Notes: a model not told the origin generated them from the letters alone. Positions 1-9,291 are shown, counted from the first letter of the stretch. The stretch: 64,000 nt of DNA from Nitrospirota bacterium (GCA_963749655.1 CAVVOB010000021.1:32001-96000), one strand, 5' to 3'. Numbers and translations are program-made.

Positions 1-10
1 GTGTTTGTCA

Positions 11-1147
11 CTATTTCATCAATATTTCCTGCGCCGCACCGACACCGGTTCCAAGTTTGACCGGATGGCCCAGGCCCTTCAACACCATCTCGATGCCGGC
101 GATAGCCGTGATCACGTCGAAGGTGTCGGCATAGCCCAGGTGGGCGATACGGAAGATCTTGCCCTTCAACTTGTCCTGTCCGCCCGCGCCGGTAATCCCG
201 TACTTGACGCGCAGATCTTTGTAGATCGCCTGGCCGTCGACGCCTGCCGGCGCCTCAATGGCGGTCAGCGCGTTGCTCGGATTTTCCTTCGGGAACAGTT
301 TGAGGCCCAGGGCCGTAGCACCCGCCCGAGTCGCCCTTGCAAGCCGTTCATGGCGGGCCAGCACGTTTTCCAGCCCCTCATCCTGCAGCATCTTGATGCA
401 GGAGTTGAGCCCGATAATGAGCGTCACCGCCGACGTGAAGAGGGTCTGGTTCTTGGCAAGATTCTCCCGTTCCTTCTTGAAGTTGAAATAGAACTTGGGT
501 GTCTTGGACGTATCAGCCATCTTCCAGGCCTTATCCGATACCGACACGAAGGCCAGCCCGGGTGGCAGCATGACACCCTTCTGGGAGCCGCCGATCATGA
601 CGTCGATGCCCCACTCGTCGGTCCTGATATCGTGCGCCACGAGAGCCGAAATCGCGTCGACCACGAAAATGGCGTCGGTCTTTTTGACAACGGATGCGAG
701 CGCCTTGACATCATGGTAGACGCCCGTCGAGGTCTCATTGGCCTGGACGAACACGGCCTTGATCTTCGGATTTTTCTTGAGCGCTGCCTCTACCAGCTCG
801 GGCTTGATCGCGTAGCCCCACTCCACGACGATCTCCTCGACCTTCATGCCATAGGCCTGGCAGATCTTGGTCCAACGCTCGCCGAACTTTCCGCCGTTGA
901 TGACAAGCACATCGTCACCGGGAGTCAAAAAATTGTTCACCGATCCGACCATGCCGCCGGTGCCAGTCGAACACAGGATGAGCACGTCATTTTTTGTCTG
1001 ATAGAGCCACTGCAGGCCCTTCTTTGCGGAATCGAGCACCGGAAGAAAGTCCGGGGCACGGTGGTGTATGATCGGCATGGCCATGGCCAGAAGCGCCTCA
1101 GGCGGCACCGGTGTCGGGCCGGGGGCCAAAAGATATTTTTTTTGCAT
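11..1147 (-). CDS. Class V PLP-dependent aminotransferase (alanine-glyoxylate / serine-pyruvate family)
   Basis: LLAPGPTPVP N-terminus, VQANETSTG, VVDAIS, GGSQKG (PLP lysine), FRIAHLG; GGAGG RBS at 1156-1160 favours the ATG at 1147. Confidence 0.92.
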   Translation of the reverse strand: MQKKYLLAPGPTPVPPEALLAMAMPIIHHRAPDFLPVLDSAKKGLQWLYQTKNDVLILCSTGTGGMVGSVNNFLTPGDDVLVINGGKFGERWTKICQAYGMKVEEIVVEWGYAIKPELVEAALKKNPKIKAVFVQANETSTGVYHDVKALASVVKKTDAIFVVDAISALVAHDIRTDEWGIDVMIGGSQKGVMLPPGLAFVSVSDKAWKMADTSKTPKFYFNFKKERENLAKNQTLFTSAVTLIIGLNSCIKMLQDEGLENVLARHERLARATRAGATALGLKLFPKENPSNALTAIEAPAGVDGQAIYKDLRVKYGITGAGGQDKLKGKIFRIAHLGYADTFDVITAIAGIEMVLKGLGHPVKLGTGVGAAQEILMK

Positions 1148-1464
1148 GAGTAGATCCTCCATTTAATTTTGAGCGAAAACGTCCATCAGATGTTCTCGGG
1201 AAAAAACGTGATACGTGATAACGGAATTGTATTGTCTGTACTTAAGATTATAGTCCCGTCGGGGCGGGACCTATGCCCGGGGTAGGTGTGTCGCTGGGAT
1301 ATTGCGGATGTCTGTGCTGTTTCAACGTCTTGTTGCCTCTCTTTATGCCCGATTCTGGAGAAAAACCATATGACAGTAGCATAGGCCGGTAAAAAATGTC
1401 AAGAAAATAAGTGCCGCCTCGTCCCATTCTGCTCAATGGGCCGGACAATAAAAGCGCCGCCTTG

Positions 1465-1860
1465 CTACTTTTGAACTACATTCATGATCATGCTGAACGA
1501 CAATATGGGGTTTAAACTGTCGTTGGAATAAACGATAAAGTTCTTGATAAGACGTCCTTTTCTTCCTGCTGTCTTGACGCTCGCTTTGATCTGGCTCGTG
1601 GCTCCCGGCTCCAGGTGATCCGAACTGATCACCGCTGCAGTGCATCCTCAGGATGCGTGAACCCGTTCAATGACTAGGTTCCCGGTCCCTGTATTGCGTA
1701 TCTCGAAGACATGAGTTGCTTCCGTGCCTTCCGTCACCTGTCCAAAGTCGTACTGGAGTTCTTTGGCCGTCAGCTTCGGCCCTGCGACATCCTGAGCCCC
1801 AAGAAAGCCGGTAAACACGACAGCTGACAGAACGAAAAACCCGATTAACGCTCTTTTCAT
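1465..1860 (-). CDS. Exported DUF1573-like (Ig-like) protein, probable selenoprotein (UGA at 1648-1650 read as Sec), 131 aa
   Basis: Signal peptide, YDFGQV...HVFEIRNTGTGNLVIERVHAS-UGA-GCT; the frame continues with family-like sequence (LEPGATSQIKASVKTAGRKGRLIKNFIVYSND) to TAG at 1465; SECIS-like hairpin downstream. Confidence 0.82.
1614..1633 (-). promoter_or_regulatory. Bacterial SECIS-like hairpin
   Basis: GGUGAUC-AGUUCG-GAUCACC, 7-bp perfect stem; loop begins 21 nt after the UGA with G at loop position 2. Confidence 0.72.
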
Positions 1861-1897
1861 TGCTATTCCCTTCTCGCGGATTGAATCCGCATTTGGA

Positions 1898-2605
1898 TCA
1901 CAGTCCCATCTTTTTCGAGTAGATCATACTGACGAGTTCATCGCGGGTAATCAACCCTTTTTCGATGAGCAGGGTCGTCAACGCGTCTATCCGGAGCCTG
2001 CAGTCCTGCACGCCCTGCTGCAGGGACTCGTCTGAGGAAAGAATCGGCGAACCTGCGGTGGTTTTATCGGACTTTGCCATCGTGAGATCGCTGCCCCGGA
2101 TAATCTCCATTTTCCCGCCTGAAGAATGGCCCCGCTGGGGGAGAGGGCTCAGCGCCTGTTTGCGGACGACGGTCTCGCCGTCGTAGTATTTCCTGATAGC
2201 GTCCCTGATCTCAGACGCCATGGCAAGCGACGGTTTGATGTTGAAGCCCGTTGCAAAGCGAATTGCGTCGATGGCTTCGATGTCGAGGGGGTCCGACATT
2301 GCGAGGGTGAGGGTGCCTTTTTCCTTCCGTACGGGAACGACAAGGTACTTTTTGGCGACCTCCGCCTTGACCAGCTTGATAAACTCCCCAGGGAGTTCGG
2401 GCTCGAACAGATTAATATAGGGAGTCTTGAGTTTTTCGGCGATGACCTGCGCGAGATCTTCCTCGCGGACGAACTCCAGTTCAATGAGGATGTTGCCTAG
2501 TTTTCCTCCCCAGTTGCGCTGGTGGGAAAGCGCCGACTGGAGCTGGAAATCGTCTATAAGACCGGCATCCTTCAGCATGTCCCCAAGCTTTCTTTGTTCG
2601 GCCAT
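1898..2605 (-). CDS. Stand-alone MshEN / T2SS-E N-terminal domain protein (putative c-di-GMP receptor), no ATPase domain
   Basis: RKLGDMLKDAGLIDDFQLQSALSHQ and KLGNILIELEFV repeats match the MshEN pattern; LAMSDPLD of GSPII_N; no Walker A. Confidence 0.82.
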   Translation of the reverse strand: MAEQRKLGDMLKDAGLIDDFQLQSALSHQRNWGGKLGNILIELEFVREEDLAQVIAEKLKTPYINLFEPELPGEFIKLVKAEVAKKYLVVPVRKEKGTLTLAMSDPLDIEAIDAIRFATGFNIKPSLAMASEIRDAIRKYYDGETVVRKQALSPLPQRGHSSGGKMEIIRGSDLTMAKSDKTTAGSPILSSDESLQQGVQDCRLRIDALTTLLIEKGLITRDELVSMIYSKKMGL

Positions 2606-2656
2606 AAAATCCGACCTCCCTCATAGCCCCCTGCTCATGAAACACGGATTTCATGA

Positions 2657-2686
2657 ATTATATGCCCGGCCAATGCGGAATGTCAA
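2657..2686 (-). promoter_or_regulatory. Sigma70 promoter of the MshEN-DUF1573 gene pair
   Basis: TTGACA-18 nt-TATAAT, perfect consensus hexamers. Confidence 0.75.
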
Positions 2687-2958
2687 CGTATTTTAGGCGA
2701 AAACAGCATTTTGCAGGCCTCTGCCATAACAGCTCCCCGCCGGCAAAGAACGCCGTGCTGTCCGGAGACAACGCTCATGTTCTCAAGGCACACACCGTGA
2801 GGAAAGACTACGTGAAGGTCAAAGTCGGATGAGTATGGATCCGGGGGTGAAAAAATCGGCTTTACGGTGTTGCTTCGGCTTGTGCGGTTGACGCTGCCTG
2901 AGGCAGCTGCAGGATCGCCTCTTACCCGGCGCGGGGCTTCAGCCTCTGATTCCCACGA

Positions 2959-3732
2959 TCATTTGTCCTGCTTCATCTCAGCAGTGTCCTGCCCGGCGGG
3001 CAAGTGCCTCAGATCCACATGCCCCAACGCTGAGAGCAAGCTTGCCTTGATTCCCGGATGCTCCTGTTCGAGAAGTGCAAGCAGGTTTTTGATCCTTGCC
3101 CGTTTCATGTCCTGGTCGCCGCACGCCGGACAGGCGCAGCAGGCAATGGGAAAGCCGGCCTCCGCGGCATAGCGAATGATATCATCTTCAGGCACATAAA
3201 CAAGGGGCCGGATCACCACATTGGTGCCGTCGTCAGCGTGCAGAAGCGGCGCCATGGCTTTGATCCTGCCGTTGTAAAAAAGGTTCAGCAGAAGCGTTTC
3301 AATGAAATCGTCTCGATGATGGCCGAGGGCGATCTTGGTGCACCCGAGCTCCCGTGCCTTCGTGTACAGAACTCCCCGTTTGATCCTGGCACAGAGCGCG
3401 CAGGGAGTGTCATCGGGCGACAACTTGTCGAGCAGGAGCCGGTGGACCGGAGCGTGTGCAATGTGATACTCGAAGTTCCGGCTTTCGAGGTACTCTTCCA
3501 GGGAGTCGGTCCGGAATCCGGGGAACCCGGGATGAACTGTAACGGCGACGAGCGAGAACGTCACCGGGGCCCGCTTTCGGAGGTTTTCAAGAACCTGCAG
3601 CAATGTCCAGCTGTCTTTGCCGCCCGACAGGGCCACGAGAATCCGATCGTGGTTCCCGATCATAGCGAACTCCCCGATCGCGCGTCCCGCAAGACGCCTG
3701 ATGTCGTGCTCCAGACATTCTGCTTTTTGCAT
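2959..3732 (-). CDS. ttcA: tRNA 2-thiocytidine(32) synthetase
   Basis: SGGKDS PP-loop, PCALCARIKRG, ALGHHRDD, IRPL, C-terminal CxxC. Confidence 0.92.
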   Translation of the reverse strand: MQKAECLEHDIRRLAGRAIGEFAMIGNHDRILVALSGGKDSWTLLQVLENLRKRAPVTFSLVAVTVHPGFPGFRTDSLEEYLESRNFEYHIAHAPVHRLLLDKLSPDDTPCALCARIKRGVLYTKARELGCTKIALGHHRDDFIETLLLNLFYNGRIKAMAPLLHADDGTNVVIRPLVYVPEDDIIRYAAEAGFPIACCACPACGDQDMKRARIKNLLALLEQEHPGIKASLLSALGHVDLRHLPAGQDTAEMKQDK

Positions 3733-3832
3733 GCATCAATCCTAAATCCCGACACGGAATTAGTCAACCGAAAAGGACGCGCCATTTTTCGGAGCCGTCC
3801 TGTCCGGAATGCCGGCTGTTGAGGTGGAAAGC

Positions 3833-3865
3833 AAAAGGGGCTTCCGGATGAATCCGGAAGCCCCT
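3833..3865 (-). terminator. Rho-independent terminator of the H1-like gene
   Basis: AGGGGCTTCCGGAT inverted repeat followed by a T run on the minus strand. Confidence 0.8.
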
Positions 3866-3881
3866 CGACAAAGCAAAATGT

Positions 3882-4241
3882 CTAGCGTTTTTTCCTGGCC
3901 GCCTTCTTTTTCCCGGCCTTTTTTCCGGCCTTTTTGGCAGCCTTCTTTTTCGCGGTTTTCTTCTTGACCGCCTTTTTTGCAGCCTTTTTTGAAGCCTTTT
4001 TCTTGGGCTTTGCCTTTACGGCTTTCTTTTTTACAGCCTTTTTCTTCGCTTTCTTCTTTGCCGCGGGCTTCTTCTTCGGCGCTGCCGCCGACGCCACACC
4101 GGACACTTCAGGAACATTCACTTCCGCTGCTTCCAGACCGCAGCAATAAACCGGTTCCTCGTAGACATCGCCTGTTCTCGTCACATCGATCCTTCTGCCG
4201 CATACCCTGCAACCATACTGCACAACCCTCTCAATAGCCAT
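3882..4241 (-). CDS. Desulforedoxin-like metal-binding domain fused to a Lys/Ala-rich histone H1-like tail
   Basis: YGCRVCG...VYCCG followed by KKAAKK-type repeats; AAGGAGG RBS before the ATG at 4241; own promoter and terminator. Confidence 0.75.
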   Translation of the reverse strand: MAIERVVQYGCRVCGRRIDVTRTGDVYEEPVYCCGLEAAEVNVPEVSGVASAAAPKKKPAAKKKAKKKAVKKKAVKAKPKKKASKKAAKKAVKKKTAKKKAAKKAGKKAGKKKAARKKR

Positions 4242-4379
4242 ATGCGCTGCCCTCCTTGGCAAGCTGATAACCCGCTTCGAAACGGGTTGAATAACGCTCC
4301 CGGCTGGAGAAGCAAAGGCCCGGAACGGTGTCCTTTGTGCGGCTCAGTCGCCGATATGCAGTCATGTTGCTTAAAAGTT

Positions 4380-4408
4380 ACTGTAGAATCATACGCGAAA
4401 AATGTCAA
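4380..4408 (-). promoter_or_regulatory. Sigma70-like promoter of the H1-like gene
   Basis: TTGACA-17 nt-TACAGT. Confidence 0.5.
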
Positions 4409-4430
4409 GTTTTTTTCAGCTTTTCAGCTG

Positions 4431-4622
4431 TCAACACCACAACCTCGGCTGCTTCCTGTTTGCGTTGACCATGGCGGTGCGCCTTTTGTCCGCCTGTTGC
4501 ATGTCCCAGATTCTTTCCATCCCTTCGATCGCTGCAGAGAGCGCTTCGTCGGTTATTTCTCCATCCCAGCTCTTTTTTTCGGCCAGCCGGTAGAGTTCCA
4601 GGATTACATCTTCAATCGTCAT
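4431..4622 (-). CDS. Small hypothetical protein (63 aa)
   Basis: AAGGAG RBS, helical protein-like composition, sits in an intergenic gap. Confidence 0.6.
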   Translation of the reverse strand: MTIEDVILELYRLAEKKSWDGEITDEALSAAIEGMERIWDMQQADKRRTAMVNANRKQPRLWC

Positions 4623-4693
4623 GGGAATCTCCTTTTAAAATAATAGGTTGGCTGATTTAGTTTCTTTAAGGTCTTTTCCGATCGCTCCGGGTA

Positions 4694-4725
4694 AAAAAGA
4701 AAGCCGGGTGGATACGCCCGGCTTT
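4694..4725 (-). terminator. Rho-independent terminator downstream of nrdJ
   Basis: AAAGCCGGGCG-TATC-CACCCGGCTTT followed by CTTTTTT. Confidence 0.75.
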
Positions 4726-4872
4726 GCGACAGGTACGGTTGCCCTTCGGCAAAAGAACATTGGTTATATGAGATTTGATCACTTGCCCTCCGGTCAAACA
4801 GCTCTCAGGACAACAGCGGCTGGGTGCCGGACTGAAACCGTTCCAGCCGGACTCATGCAGCCCGCAGAGAAA

Positions 4873-7224
4873 TCAACCGCACTTCGAGAACCCGCAGCCC
4901 CTGCAGAAGGCGCACCCTTCGCCGAACTCCAGCAGACTTCCGCAGTCCGGGCATTCGGGGCAGAGCCCGAGATGGTTTTTGTTCCCGCCTTGGGCGCAGT
5001 CCGATGATGCATAGGCAACGGTCGCCTGGGGCGCTGCGGCGGCCTTCGGTTTATGCTGGTGATGGTGGCCCTCCTTGGCATACCGTTCGAGAGCGCGGCC
5101 GATCGCGTCGGGACAGGAGAGGATAGACCCCCCCTCTCCCCAGGCCGGCGACGGGCAGCGGATGCCCTTCACCTGCTTGATGATGGCGTCCATGGAAACG
5201 CCAGAACGGAGCGCCAGGGAAACCATGCGCGAGACCGCTTCGGACTGGCTTGCCGCGCACCCGCCCGACTTGCCCATGGTCGAAAAGACCTCGCAGATGC
5301 CCTCGTCGTCCTCATTGATGGTGATGTAGAGGTTGCCGCAGCCGGTGGGTATCTTCTGGGTCACGCCGTGGGTGAGAAGCGGCCGCTGGCGCGGCTTCTT
5401 CTCCTCTGCAAGCTCCGGCGACGCCGATGCCACCGTTATATGCTGGGCAGCGGCTTTGCGCGCCTTCTCCGTCGCCCCGGTGGACAGGACCTGCTCGTCG
5501 CGGGACCCGTCGCGGTAGATAGTAACGCCCTTGCAGCCCGTCTTGTAGGCCATCAGGTAGACCTTCTCAACGTCCTTCTGGGTCGCGCTGTGCGGGAAAT
5601 TGACGGTCTTGGACACGGCGTTGTCGGTGTACTTCTGGAATGCCGCCTGCATCCGGATATGCCATTCGGGAGTGATGTCGTGGGCCGTGACGAAAACCTG
5701 CTGCACGTCCTCGGGCACGGTCGGGATGTTTGTGCAGCCACCGTGCTCCGCGATCTCCTTCATGAGTTTCTCCGAGGCAAAGCCCCGCGCTTTTGCCACA
5801 CGCTCGAACACGGGGTTTACTTCGAGGAGCTCCGCCCCGTCGAGCACCTTCCGGACGAACGTAAGGCCGAAGAGCGGCTCAATGCCGCTCGAACAGCCGG
5901 CGATGATGGACAGGGTGCCCGTCGGTGCGATGGTCGTCACGGTCGCGTTCCTGATGCCCTGGGGCCGGGTGCCGTCGTCGTAGATGCTGCCCTTGAAGTT
6001 CGGGAAAGCACCGCGCTCCCTGGCGAGTTCGGTGCTCACGGCGCGTCCCTCATCGGTGATGAATTTCATGATCTTCTCGCCGGTCCGTACGGCCTCCTCG
6101 GAGTTGTAGGGAATGCCGATCTCCAGCAGCATGTCGGCAAAGCCCATGACTCCCAGGCCGATCTTGCGGTTTGCCCGGGTCATCTCGGAGATCTTGTCGA
6201 TGGGATAGCGGTTGACATCGATCACGTTGTCGAGGAAATGGACCGCCTGACGGACCGTATGCCGGATCTTGTCGAAGTCGATCTCCCTGCCCGGCGTCAG
6301 CATTCTGGCCAGGTTGATCGAACCCAGGTTGCAGGATTCATAGGGAAGCAGCGGTTGCTCGCCGCAGGGATTGGTGGACTCGACCTTGCCGATGTGCGGT
6401 GTGGGATTGAACTGGTTGATGCGGTCCAGGAAGATGATGCCCGGATCGCCGTTCTTCCAGGCCATGTTCACGATGGTGTCGAAGACCTTGCGGGCCTGGA
6501 GCCGCTTCACCGCGGTCCTGTTGCGCGGAGAGACCAGCTCGTATTCCCCGTCCGTGTCCACGGCGTCCATGAAGGCGTCGGTCATGGCCACGGAGATGTT
6601 GAAGTTGTTCAGGCGGTCGTTCTGCTGCTTGCAGGTGACGAAATCGAGGACATCAGGATGGTCCACCGAAAGGATGCCCATATTGGCGCCCCGGCGGGTG
6701 CCTCCCTGCTTCACCGTCTCCGTAGCGGCATCGAACACGGTCATGAAGGAAATAGGGCCGGAAGAAACGCCCTTGGTCGATTTCACTACATCGTTCTTCG
6801 GCCGGATGCGGGAGAAGGAAAAGCCCGTACCGCCGCCGGACTTGTGAATGAGCGCGGCGTTCTTCACGGACTCGAAAATCTCGTCCATGGAGTCGCCCAC
6901 CGGCAGCACGAAGCACGCCGAAAGCTGTCCCAGTTCGCGACCGGCATTCATCAGCGTGGGGCTGTTCGGAAGGAACTCGAGGGAGGTCATGAGGCGGTAG
7001 AATTCCGTGGCCGTCCGTTCCACATCGGCGGCGGTCCCGCCGTAGGCCCGGTCGGCCTCGGCAATGGTCCTGGCCACGCGGGTAAACATGTCAACTGCCG
7101 TTTCCACAACAGTCCCGTCTTCATTCCGTTTGAGATACCTTTTTTCAAGAACCTTGATGCAGTTTTCGGAAAGATTTAGTCCCTTGCCGGAAGCCGTTGT
7201 CGAAACAGAAGCTGTACTCTTCAT
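4873..7224 (-). CDS. nrdJ: Class II (adenosylcobalamin) ribonucleotide reductase with C-terminal TSCPD and Zn-ribbon domains
   Basis: [49 protein letters not shown]...CRGCGFSKCG. Confidence 0.96.
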   Translation of the reverse strand: MKSTASVSTTASGKGLNLSENCIKVLEKRYLKRNEDGTVVETAVDMFTRVARTIAEADRAYGGTAADVERTATEFYRLMTSLEFLPNSPTLMNAGRELGQLSACFVLPVGDSMDEIFESVKNAALIHKSGGGTGFSFSRIRPKNDVVKSTKGVSSGPISFMTVFDAATETVKQGGTRRGANMGILSVDHPDVLDFVTCKQQNDRLNNFNISVAMTDAFMDAVDTDGEYELVSPRNRTAVKRLQARKVFDTIVNMAWKNGDPGIIFLDRINQFNPTPHIGKVESTNPCGEQPLLPYESCNLGSINLARMLTPGREIDFDKIRHTVRQAVHFLDNVIDVNRYPIDKISEMTRANRKIGLGVMGFADMLLEIGIPYNSEEAVRTGEKIMKFITDEGRAVSTELARERGAFPNFKGSIYDDGTRPQGIRNATVTTIAPTGTLSIIAGCSSGIEPLFGLTFVRKVLDGAELLEVNPVFERVAKARGFASEKLMKEIAEHGGCTNIPTVPEDVQQVFVTAHDITPEWHIRMQAAFQKYTDNAVSKTVNFPHSATQKDVEKVYLMAYKTGCKGVTIYRDGSRDEQVLSTGATEKARKAAAQHITVASASPELAEEKKPRQRPLLTHGVTQKIPTGCGNLYITINEDDEGICEVFSTMGKSGGCAASQSEAVSRMVSLALRSGVSMDAIIKQVKGIRCPSPAWGEGGSILSCPDAIGRALERYAKEGHHHQHKPKAAAAPQATVAYASSDCAQGGNKNHLGLCPECPDCGSLLEFGEGCAFCRGCGFSKCG

Positions 7225-7346
7225 AAATCTTCCTCCTCATAAAATTGGCTGACTGTGGAAACAAACTGAGATAGAGCACCCCGCAGGCTGCTCACAAAAT
7301 TACATAAAAAATATGTTGAATGCTTATTTTTTGGTTAGAACAGGGT

Positions 7347-7394
7347 GCACTCTATTTTGTGGAACGGCATAATTATAGCCACAAGATGTTGTGT
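7347..7394. promoter_or_regulatory. Tandem NrdR boxes
   Basis: GCACTCTATTTTGTGG (7347-7362) and CCACAAGATGTTGTGT (7379-7394), 32 bp apart start to start, matching acaCwAtATaTwGtg. Confidence 0.8.
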
Positions 7395-7401
7395 TTGTCA
7401 A
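7372..7401 (-). promoter_or_regulatory. nrdJ sigma70 promoter
   Basis: TTGACA-18 nt-TATAAT; one NrdR box lies in the spacer. Confidence 0.8.
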
Positions 7402-7616
7402 ACTAAAATTAAAGAATTGCACAATGTCGCAAAATGCCTGTTTATGCTTGTTTCATGCGGTTTTTTTTACCCTTTCGCAGTTCTCAAAGCCACCATCAAG
7501 GCCAAAATAAAACAGTATCTTAAAACCGCAGGCCAGGGGCTCCATTTCTTTGATGTTTTTTTTACGAAACCGCTCCTTAAAGACCGGATAGGTCTGGTTT
7601 ATAAAAAAGGAGCACT

Positions 7617-7797
7617 CAGTTTCAAGTCTCCGGTCTCAAGTTTCAAGTTTTGAGTCTCCAGCATGGGGTTCGGATCTTGTGTTTACTAAAGCCAGCTGGC
7701 AGGCCTGCAGGCTGACCAGCTCACAGGCTTGCGGACTAACCGCTTGTACGCTTTCATGCATTCACGTTTTCCCCATTCCGCATTCCGCATTCCGCTT
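7617..7797. repeat. Degenerate 7-8-mer tandem repeats (TTTCAAG, GCAGGCTN, ATTCCGC)
   Basis: Directly visible arrays such as attccgc x3 and tctcaag/tttcaag. Confidence 0.7.
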
Positions 7798-8382
7798 GCC
7801 CGCTGTTGCCGATTTCACGAGGACCACGGCACGACTGAACCGGACAGGCGGGGCATTGCTGGTCAGGAAACCTGCCTGTCGGGCGTGGCCGATGATTTCC
7901 CGAAACCGCAGTTCGCTCACATGCATCCTCGGCTCCGCGTACAGGACCCTTCCTTCGCTGACGAGGAGGGATGAAACCTGACGGAAAAAACGGGGGATGT
8001 CCCGCACCTCGTGCACCATCCAGAAAGCGAGCGCGAAATCCACGGAGCTGCGCAGCATGATGTCGTCCTCTGCGGCAAGCAAAGGTTTGATGCGGCCCGC
8101 TATACCGGCCTTTGTCGCACGATTCAGCATCACGTCCAGCATTTTCTGCTGAAGGTCGACCGCGATGACGGCCCCGCTCGCGCCCACCATCCCGGCCATG
8201 GCGATCGTAAAATATCCCATGCCGCATCCGATGTCGGCCACGGTCATCCCTTCCCGCACGAGGGACCCGAGCATCTTTCGGGGATCGTGCAGGAACCTGC
8301 GGAAGGGGTTATCGAAAGTATACGCCAGCCACCAGGGGCAAACGTGGTCTTCCCGCATAAGAACACTTCGGAGTGATTTCAT
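7762..8382 (-). CDS. Class I SAM-dependent methyltransferase
   Basis: HVCPWWLAYTFDNPFRR N-terminus, VADIGCGMGYF motif I, VIAVDLQ, FWMVHEV. Confidence 0.88.
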   Translation of the reverse strand: MKSLRSVLMREDHVCPWWLAYTFDNPFRRFLHDPRKMLGSLVREGMTVADIGCGMGYFTIAMAGMVGASGAVIAVDLQQKMLDVMLNRATKAGIAGRIKPLLAAEDDIMLRSSVDFALAFWMVHEVRDIPRFFRQVSSLLVSEGRVLYAEPRMHVSELRFREIIGHARQAGFLTSNAPPVRFSRAVVLVKSATAGKRNAECGMGKT

Positions 8383-8607
8383 GGACTGTCCTCGTCCTAT
8401 CCTGGGTCAGATTGCTGAATCATCATTGATCTAGAAAACAAGGGGAATGGAAAGACAAGATTGTACTGCCGTTATCTCAGCACAAACGTATTCATCCAGG
8501 CTGAGGTTTCCATTGTTTCATTGAACGAACATCTGAAAAAATCTCGAGCACCGCCACCCCTGCTGAGATCGCTCCGTCCTGCACCAGGACGGTCAGAATA
8601 TGCCGAA

Positions 8608-8766
8608 TCACTTCTTGGGAGCCTTGGATTCCTTCGCCTGTCCTGCCGGAGAAACGGCGCTGTTCTTGCCGCCCCCCGGCTCGCCTGCCGGCTCATGGGC
8701 CGCATAGATGCCGCAGCCTGCCATGAGCAGTGCAGCTGCAGTAACTATGAGCAGATATCGAATCAT
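8608..8766 (-). CDS. Small putative lipoprotein (52 aa)
   Basis: GAGGT RBS, MIRYLLIVTAAALLMAG-C lipobox. Confidence 0.55.
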   Translation of the reverse strand: MIRYLLIVTAAALLMAGCGIYAAHEPAGEPGGGKNSAVSPAGQAKESKAPKK

Positions 8767-8830
8767 CGGCTGGTTAACCTCTCGGAAAAGATTTCGGTAC
8801 ACTCCTCATTGATCCAGCGCGGACGAAGCC

Positions 8831-9247
8831 TCAAGGTGTTGCTGCTCCATCCGCTGGTTGCGCTTTGTCGGACAGGTTCGCAAAATCCCGTCGTACCTTC
8901 TCGATGTTCTCGCGGAACCCCTCGCCGTCACGTTGAGGTGCGGGAGCGCATGGCGGTCCAGCATGATGTAGTCGCGGCGATGCACCTTGGGGATGCCGTA
9001 GATCGGGAAGCAGACGGCCTGGAACAGGGTCATCATGAGATCGAGCACCAGCGCCGCGGGCCCCGCGGATAAAGGGCATGATCTTCTTGATTAACGCCTT
9101 CTGCCCATGCTTGACCCATTCCTCAAAAGTCACCTTCCCGCCGAAGATCTTGTAATAGTACTCCACTTCCTTTTTCTGGATCTCCAGGACAAGCTCCAGC
9201 TCGAGTCCCTTGATCCTGGCGACCAGCGCCAGTAATCTCTTTTCCAT
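8831..9247 (-). pseudogene. Decayed conserved hypothetical membrane protein
   Basis: Family-like segment LDLMMTLFQAVCFPIYGIPKVHRRDYIMLDRHALPHLN lies in a different frame from the N- and C-terminal parts; internal segments appear to be missing. Confidence 0.55.
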
Positions 9248-9291
9248 GACGCCTCTTGTCCGGCCGATAGAGGCGCCGGCACGCGGATCCG

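Noticed and set aside
2812-2949. Micro-ORF on + with several in-frame TGA (VKVKVG*VWIRG*...DAA*GSC) and a GCTGCC-TGA-GGCAGC palindrome
   Set aside because: No recognisable family or well-placed SECIS; TGA is the commonest off-frame stop in GC-rich DNA
4700-4760. CGCAAAGCC segment resembling a c-di-GMP-I riboswitch
   Set aside because: No GNRA-capped first stem or receptor; the motif is part of the terminator arm
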